Below, in pieces: positions 58,712 to 64,000 of a DNA stretch of 64,000 nucleotides. The notes under the pieces are model-generated. The model was not told the DNA's origin and made no database searches. It saw only the letters and a program-made list of their open reading frames with translations. Position 1 is the first letter of the stretch. Every line of letters begins with the position of its first letter. Location of the stretch: NCBI GenBank assembly GCA_041617155.1, contig JBFJPL010000004.1, positions 5,898 to 69,897 on the forward strand, read 5' to 3'. Made by a program: the position numbers and the translations under genes. The stretch comes from Kiloniellales bacterium. Lineage in GTDB: Bacteria; Pseudomonadota; Alphaproteobacteria; Kiloniellales; JAKSDN01.

Positions 58712-59559
58712 CTCGCGAGTAACCAGTCGCGCACCAGCGCAACCTGTTGGTCGTCCATCAAGGCCGGTGCGTGGCCACAGCCGGGGATTTCGATCACCTT
58801 GGCCTTGGGGCCGCGCGTCGCCATTTCGGCGGCGGTCTCCGCCAGCAACAGGTCGGACTCGGCACCGCGCAGCACCAACACCGGAATCTCGATGGCATCC
58901 CAAACCGCCCAGAGGTCGACGTCCTCCAGGCTGTCGCCCTTGAAGGGCGCGGCGATGCCCGGGTCGTAGGCGAAGCGATAACCGCCCTCGGCGGCGACCA
59001 CGCCGTGCGCGACCAGGTGGCGCCACTGCAGATCGTCGAGCGCGCCGAAGGGTGCATAGACGGTGCGGAAATGCGCCTCGACCGCGTCCAGATCGGCGAA
59101 CAGCGGGTCGCGCCCGACATAGTCGCCGATCCGCTCCAGCGCCGCCTTTGGGATGAAGGGGCCGACGTCGTTGATCACCAGGCGCCGGAGCGGCGTATTC
59201 GGCTGCGCCGCCAGCATCATGCCGATCAAGCCGCCCATCGAGGTGCCGATCCAATCGAGCCCGGTTACGTCCAGGCGCGCGATCAAGGCGTTCATGTCGG
59301 CCAGATACTGTGGATAGCCGTAGCCGGCGGGGTCGGCCAGGCGGCCGCTTTGGCCCCGTCCGACGACATCGGGGCAAACCACCTTGAGCCCTTCTTCGGC
59401 GAGCGCGGTGGCCAGCACGTCGAAGTCGCGGGCGTTGCGCGTCAGGCCGTGCACGCAGACCACCACGCGTTCGCCCGAGGGCGCGCCCCACTCGCCATAG
59501 GCCAGACGGTGGAAACCGCCGGCCGAAAGCCCGAGATAGCTGCCGCCGCGCCGGTTCAT
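58708..59559 (-). CDS. Alpha/beta hydrolase
   Basis: CVHGLTRN, nucleophile elbow IGTSMGG, C-terminal GCGHAP. Its stop codon (CTA on the plus strand) is part of the MITE-flanking CTAG. Confidence 0.85.
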   Translation of the reverse strand: MNRRGGSYLGLSAGGFHRLAYGEWGAPSGERVVVCVHGLTRNARDFDVLATALAEEGLKVVCPDVVGRGQSGRLADPAGYGYPQYLADMNALIARLDVTGLDWIGTSMGGLIGMMLAAQPNTPLRRLVINDVGPFIPKAALERIGDYVGRDPLFADLDAVEAHFRTVYAPFGALDDLQWRHLVAHGVVAAEGGYRFAYDPGIAAPFKGDSLEDVDLWAVWDAIEIPVLVLRGAESDLLLAETAAEMATRGPKAKVIEIPGCGHAPALMDDQQVALVRDWLLAS

Positions 59560-59563
59560 CGAG

Positions 59564-60739
59564 TTACTCGGCCGCCGCTGCGGTCGGAACCACGGTCGGC
59601 GGCGCGTCGTTCACCTCGACGAATGTCTCCGGGTAGAAGCCGTTGAACCTGGTCGAGAGCGCGTTGGAATAGGCTCCGACTTGGTCGATTTCGATCCAAT
59701 CGCCCTCGCGCGCGTCGGCCGGCAGCGTGAAGCGGCCCGGCAGCACGTCGAGCGAATCGCAGGTCGGCCCGTTGAGCGTGAAGGTCGCGGTCTCCTCGGC
59801 CGCCGTCTCGCCGAGCCGGATCAGGCGGGCGGGAAGCTCGATACCGACCTGGGTCATCTCGGACAGGCTGCCGTAGATGCCGTCGTTGATGTAAAGCTGC
59901 TCACCCTTGCGAAGCTGAACCTGGGTCAGCAGCGAACAACCCGGGGCGACCATCGCCCGGCCCGGCTCCGACATGATTTCGACCGAGGGCTTCAACTTGA
60001 TGTCCTTCAGGCCGGCGCGGATCTCGGCCATGTAGTCCCTCAGCGGCGGGATGCTCATGTTGAGGTATTCGTTGGGAAAGCCGCCGCCGACATCGACACA
60101 GTCGACGTCGACGCCGGCCGCCTTGATGGTGTCGCCGACCAGGTTGAGCGCGGTGCGATAAGCCTTCGGATCGCCGCACTGGGAGCCGACGTGAAAGGCC
60201 AGGCCGGTCCGGCAGCCCTGCTCGGTCGCTGCGCGCAACAGCTCGGCCGCGGCCGGAAGGGGCGCGCCGAACTTGGCCGCCAAATGGTAGAGCGTGCCTT
60301 CGGCCCGCGGGGTTGCGATGCGGACCACGATGATCACGCCCTTGCCGCCGGTTTCCTCCATGACCTTGACCAGCTCGTTCTGGTGATCGATCACGAAGTG
60401 GCGGATGCCATAGACGGTATAGGCGCTCTTGATCACCGCCCGGGTCTTGACCGGGTGCATGAAATAGGCGTGGGCATCCTCATAGGACTCGCAGATCTGC
60501 GCGATCTCGGGCAGCGAGGCGGTATCGAAGTGGCGCACACCGGCGCGGTACAGGGCGTTCAGCACCAGGGGATGGGGATTGCACTTGACGGCGTAGAGCA
60601 CGGTGCCGGGAAACTGCTTGATAAAGCGTCGGGCGGTTGCCTCCAGCACCGCCGGCCGGACGCAATAGACCGGATAGCTCGGCTTCAGCGCCCGGACGAC
60701 CGAGGCCGCGTCGGGGAACTTGCCTTTACCGTCCTTCAC
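59564..60739 (-). CDS. Ornithine/lysine decarboxylase (type III PLP, alanine-racemase fold)
   Basis: YAVKCNP (PLP Lys), FHVGSQ, DVGGGFP, GPTCDSLD, AYS. GTG start per the ORF track. Confidence 0.85.
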   Translation of the reverse strand: MKDGKGKFPDAASVVRALKPSYPVYCVRPAVLEATARRFIKQFPGTVLYAVKCNPHPLVLNALYRAGVRHFDTASLPEIAQICESYEDAHAYFMHPVKTRAVIKSAYTVYGIRHFVIDHQNELVKVMEETGGKGVIIVVRIATPRAEGTLYHLAAKFGAPLPAAAELLRAATEQGCRTGLAFHVGSQCGDPKAYRTALNLVGDTIKAAGVDVDCVDVGGGFPNEYLNMSIPPLRDYMAEIRAGLKDIKLKPSVEIMSEPGRAMVAPGCSLLTQVQLRKGEQLYINDGIYGSLSEMTQVGIELPARLIRLGETAAEETATFTLNGPTCDSLDVLPGRFTLPADAREGDWIEIDQVGAYSNALSTRFNGFYPETFVEVNDAPPTVVPTAAAAE

Positions 60740-60852
60740 CTGATTTTCCTTTGCTGGAACAGCCGCCCGCCCAAGACCTGTTTCTAGAGGAGCGGAAGCG
60801 CACTGAAAAGCACCAAGCGTGCCCGGCCTCGACGTGATGGTGAGCAGCCATG

Positions 60853-62289
60853 CTAGCGCCCCGCCCGCCGCTCGACCTGGCGGACCAGGGCTTTGACGTC
60901 GGCGCCCATGGTGATGCGGCCGTCGCGCACGTGGGCTTCGTGATTCTTTTCGATATCGCCCAGGATGTAGCGGTAGTTGACCATGATGCCGGCCGACTGG
61001 CCGAGACCCTTGGCCGAGCTGTCGGCCAGCCAGTTGATCCGCTCCAGCCGCGCGCCGTTGCGCAGGTGGAACCGTGCCACCGGATCGATCGGCGCCGCCT
61101 TGTCGTCGGTCTGCGTCAGGTAGGCGGCGGCGAGCCGCATGAGGGGTGCTTGCAGGGCCGCCGTCACGGTCTTGTCCTGGTGCCAGTCCGGCCGGTCAAG
61201 CAACACCAAGAGCGCGGCCTGGAGGTCGTCTCCGCCGCCGAGCTTCAGGATCGCGCGCGCCTCCTCGCCGGCCAGCAACCGGGCGACCGCGTTGCCGGAC
61301 TTCTGCTCGAGCCAGCGCCTCAATCCGGGTAGCGGGGACAAGGTGGCGAAGTTCTTGAGCTGCGGCAGCTCGCGGCTGAGCCGCTCGACCACCCGCTTGA
61401 TCAGGTAGTCGCCGAAGGAAATGCCCGAAAGGCCGCGCTGGGTGTTGGAGATCGAATAGAAGACGGCGGTTTCGACCCCGTCCGCGTCGACCGGCGGCAC
61501 GGTTTCGTCGAGCAGCGCCTGGATGTTGTCGGCCATGCCGCGCACCAGTGCCACCTCGACGAAGGCCAGCGGCTCGTCCGGCATGCGTGGATGGAACAGG
61601 GCATAGAGCCGGCGGTCGGTCTCCAGCCGATTGCGCAGGTCGTCCCAGGAGCGGATTTCGTGCACCGCCTCGTAGGCGATCAGCTTCTCCAGGAGCGAGG
61701 CCGGCGAATCCCAGGTGATCGGTCGCAGGTCGAGGAAGCCGACGTCGAACCACGATTCGAGCAGCTCGCGCAGGTCCCGTTCCAGGCCGCGAAGGTGCGG
61801 GTCCTCGGCGGTCAGGTTCAGCAGGTCGCGGCGCAGGTCGGCCAGAAACTTGACCCCCTCGGGCAGCACGTTGAACTGGGTCAGCAGCTTGACCCGCGAC
61901 GGCACCAGCGTTCGGCGTAATTCCTTCTCGGCGGCCAGCTTGAGATCGATCTCGCCGGCCTCGCTGTAGGCCTGCATGGCGCTCTCCACCGCCGCTTCGT
62001 CGACCGCGAATCGCTGGGCCAGCACCTCCAGGAACTGCCGCCGGCCGGGCCCGTCCAGTTCCAGATAGGTCTTGCCCAGTTCGGCTGCGCGCATGCGCGC
62101 CGACACCTCGCCGCCGCGCGCTTCCAGGCACTCGGCCATGAGCTTTTCCAGCGCCCGGGCGTCGTGCGCGGCCGTGGCCACACCGTTCAAGCCGACACTG
62201 CGCGCCGCCCCGGCGGCGATATCGCGCCAGGCGCCGGCCAGGTTGGCCAGCGTACGCTCGAAAAAGGTCTCTTCCTGGGCTTCGGTCAT
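60853..62289 (-). CDS. Malonyl-CoA decarboxylase
   Basis: 478 aa. WFDVGFLDLRPITW, AVFYSISNTQRGLSGISFG and RFHLRNGA are typical of the MCD family. Confidence 0.85.
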   Translation of the reverse strand: MTEAQEETFFERTLANLAGAWRDIAAGAARSVGLNGVATAAHDARALEKLMAECLEARGGEVSARMRAAELGKTYLELDGPGRRQFLEVLAQRFAVDEAAVESAMQAYSEAGEIDLKLAAEKELRRTLVPSRVKLLTQFNVLPEGVKFLADLRRDLLNLTAEDPHLRGLERDLRELLESWFDVGFLDLRPITWDSPASLLEKLIAYEAVHEIRSWDDLRNRLETDRRLYALFHPRMPDEPLAFVEVALVRGMADNIQALLDETVPPVDADGVETAVFYSISNTQRGLSGISFGDYLIKRVVERLSRELPQLKNFATLSPLPGLRRWLEQKSGNAVARLLAGEEARAILKLGGGDDLQAALLVLLDRPDWHQDKTVTAALQAPLMRLAAAYLTQTDDKAAPIDPVARFHLRNGARLERINWLADSSAKGLGQSAGIMVNYRYILGDIEKNHEAHVRDGRITMGADVKALVRQVERRAGR

Positions 62290-63170
62290 GCCTGGCTCGC
62301 CCGCTCGATCGCCGCATCGCCCGCTTGGGCAGCAATGTGACGCAAGCCCCTTAGGGCTTGGTTAAGCAACTCCTCGTCGTTCGGGTCGGCGCTATAGACC
62401 ATATAGGCGGGCCGCTCGAAAACCGGGGCCCTGGCAACCCGGAACAAACGCTTCTCCTTGAGCAGCGGCCGCACCGTGCGCAGCGGCAGGTAGCCCGAGC
62501 CGCCGTGCGCCAGGATATGCTGCAAGCCCATGGCGCCCAGCCCGACCGAAACGGCGGGTGTCTCCATTTCCGGAAAGGCCTGGCGGTGTTCGGTGCGGAA
62601 ATCCTCGCCCCAGTCGATGAAGACGTAGTCGGCGCGCCAGTTGCCGGTCGCTTGCCTGGGCGCGGTCGAGACCAGGACCAGTTTCTCGACCAGCAGCTTT
62701 TCGCTCACCAGACCCGGCGTGTGGCGCGGCAGATACATCACGCCGATATCGATCAAGCCGTCGGATAAGCGCTGCATCTGGCTTGGCGAATAGTCGGCCT
62801 CCAGGCGCAGGGCGACATCCGGCAAGGTCTCGCGCATCCAGGCGATCCAGCGGATCACCAGCCGCTCCCACAGGCTGACCTGGGTACCCAGTCCGATCGT
62901 ACTGCGGAAGCCGTCGGGCAACGCGGTTTCCTGGCGCCCCTGCTCCCAGGACCGCACCGTGGCCACGGCATAACGGTGGAACCGCCGCCCCGCGTTGGTC
63001 AACGCGACACCGCCGCGGCCCCGGGTGAAGAGCGGCTGCCCGAGCCGCGCCTCGAGCGCCTGGACCCGTGCGGTCACGGTCGATTGCGTGACATTGAGAC
63101 GTTCGCCGGCACGGTGGAAATTGCCGGTCGCCGCGACCTCCAGGAAGCTGCGGATATGGTCGATATTCAT
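62286..63170 (-). CDS. LysR family transcriptional regulator
   Basis: N-terminal HTH IRSFLEVAATGNFHRAGERLNVTQSTVTARVQALE. ATGA overlap with the decarboxylase gene. Confidence 0.9.
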   Translation of the reverse strand: MNIDHIRSFLEVAATGNFHRAGERLNVTQSTVTARVQALEARLGQPLFTRGRGGVALTNAGRRFHRYAVATVRSWEQGRQETALPDGFRSTIGLGTQVSLWERLVIRWIAWMRETLPDVALRLEADYSPSQMQRLSDGLIDIGVMYLPRHTPGLVSEKLLVEKLVLVSTAPRQATGNWRADYVFIDWGEDFRTEHRQAFPEMETPAVSVGLGAMGLQHILAHGGSGYLPLRTVRPLLKEKRLFRVARAPVFERPAYMVYSADPNDEELLNQALRGLRHIAAQAGDAAIERASQA

Positions 63171-63375
63171 CGTCTGATCGCCCTCTCGCCGGTTCTCCGA
63201 TCGATCGAAAAATCCGATCGTATTGCTTTAGAAAATTTGTTTCCCAATCGCAAGCGGAAGCACCAGATTGACACCTGGGGCTCAGTCAGTCCTGCTTCAA
63301 ACGGTTGCCATGGCATATGGAGATCCTGGCGAGGTCGCCGGGACACGATTCACACCAGGCGGCGCCGGCAGACCG

Positions 63376-64000
63376 ATGCTGACCGTTCTGGCAACGACCT
63401 GGGCGCTGTTCTTCGCGATGGCGCTGGTGATGCTGGGCAACGGTCTGCAGGGCACACTCCTGGGCCTGCGGGCGACGATCGAAGGCTTTCCCACGGCGGT
63501 TACCGGCATCGTGATGTCGGGCTATTTCGCGGGCTTCGCCACCGGATCCTACCTCACGCCCAAGCTGGTCGCCCGGGTTGGCCATATCCGGGTCTTTGCC
63601 GCCCTGGCATCGCTCGCCTCGATCGTCGCGCTGCTCCATGTCATTCTGGTGACGCCGGCGAGCTGGACCGCCATGCGTCTTGCCACCGGGTTCTGCTACG
63701 CTGGCATCTACGTGGTCGCCGAGAGCTGGCTGAATGACCGGGTCAGCAACGACCTGCGCGGTCAACTGCTGTCGGTCTACCTGATCGTCGGCCTGGCCGG
63801 GATGGCGTGCGGGCCGCTGCTGCTCAACCTGGCCGATCCGGGCAGCTTCGAGCTCTTTTTGCTGGTCTCCGTGCTGGTCTCGTTCGCCCTGATACCGATC
63901 CTGCTGACCGCCAACCCGGCCCCGGCCTTCGAAACCGCGACCAGCATCAGCGTGCGCCAGCTCTACCGTCTTTCGCCGCTGGGTGTCACCGGCGCCATGG
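63376..64000 (+). CDS. MFS transporter, 3' end outside the window
   Basis: Open frame to the window edge: MLTVLATTWALFFAMALVMLGNGLQGTLLGLRA...MRLATGFCYAGIYVVAESWLND. An in-frame ATG at 63310 is an alternative start. Divergent from lysR. Confidence 0.8.
   Translation, partial: MLTVLATTWALFFAMALVMLGNGLQGTLLGLRATIEGFPTAVTGIVMSGYFAGFATGSYLTPKLVARVGHIRVFAALASLASIVALLHVILVTPASWTAMRLATGFCYAGIYVVAESWLNDRVSNDLRGQLLSVYLIVGLAGMACGPLLLNLADPGSFELFLLVSVLVSFALIPILLTANPAPAFETATSISVRQLYRLSPLGVTGAM

Overview
High-GC (about 65% by eye) chromosomal segment. Gene content and synteny are typical of Alphaproteobacteria: plsX-fabH-ihfA-merR-tRNA-Pro, glyA-nrdR-ribD-ribE-ribBA-ribH-nusB-thiL, a MucR/Ros regulator, an H+-pyrophosphatase, and metY/metA direct sulfhydrylation. 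I support about 70 protein-coding genes and one tRNA-Pro(GGG). I found no rRNA, CRISPR array, transposase, integrase or phage genes. Most genes are housekeeping: riboflavin, fatty-acid/phospholipid, methionine, heme and valine/lysine catabolism, several MFS transporters, and MarR/LysR/MerR regulators.

The unusual content is mostly non-coding or degenerate:
- Two related families of about 270-bp foldback MITE-like elements, each flanked by CTAG. This is the IS630-type target, yet the window has no transposase. Several copies abut TAG stop codons.
- A 326-bp repeat-built insertion between ribD and ribE, flanked by a 68-bp direct duplication of the ribD 3' end.
- Two families of short REP-like hairpins.
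- Three decayed or split genes: a cyclase-family gene with an in-frame TAA, a formate/nitrite-transporter mini-remnant, and an HTTM (vitamin-K-carboxylase-like) gene split into two overlapping ORFs.

The best candidate for an under-described functional module is the split HTTM membrane protein, which is translationally coupled to a DCC-family CxxC thiol oxidoreductase (53265-55153).

Other loci worth a look:
- an orphan HerA-like ATPase next to tRNA-Pro
- a membrane-anchored HEAT-repeat protein with an AT-rich 5' end
- an orphan REC-PilZ response regulator
- a hemerythrin plus Cys-rich protein pair
- a DUF3105 gene followed by an orphan LivH-like permease with a long N-terminal extension

All calls come from reading the translations and the DNA. 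No database search was run.
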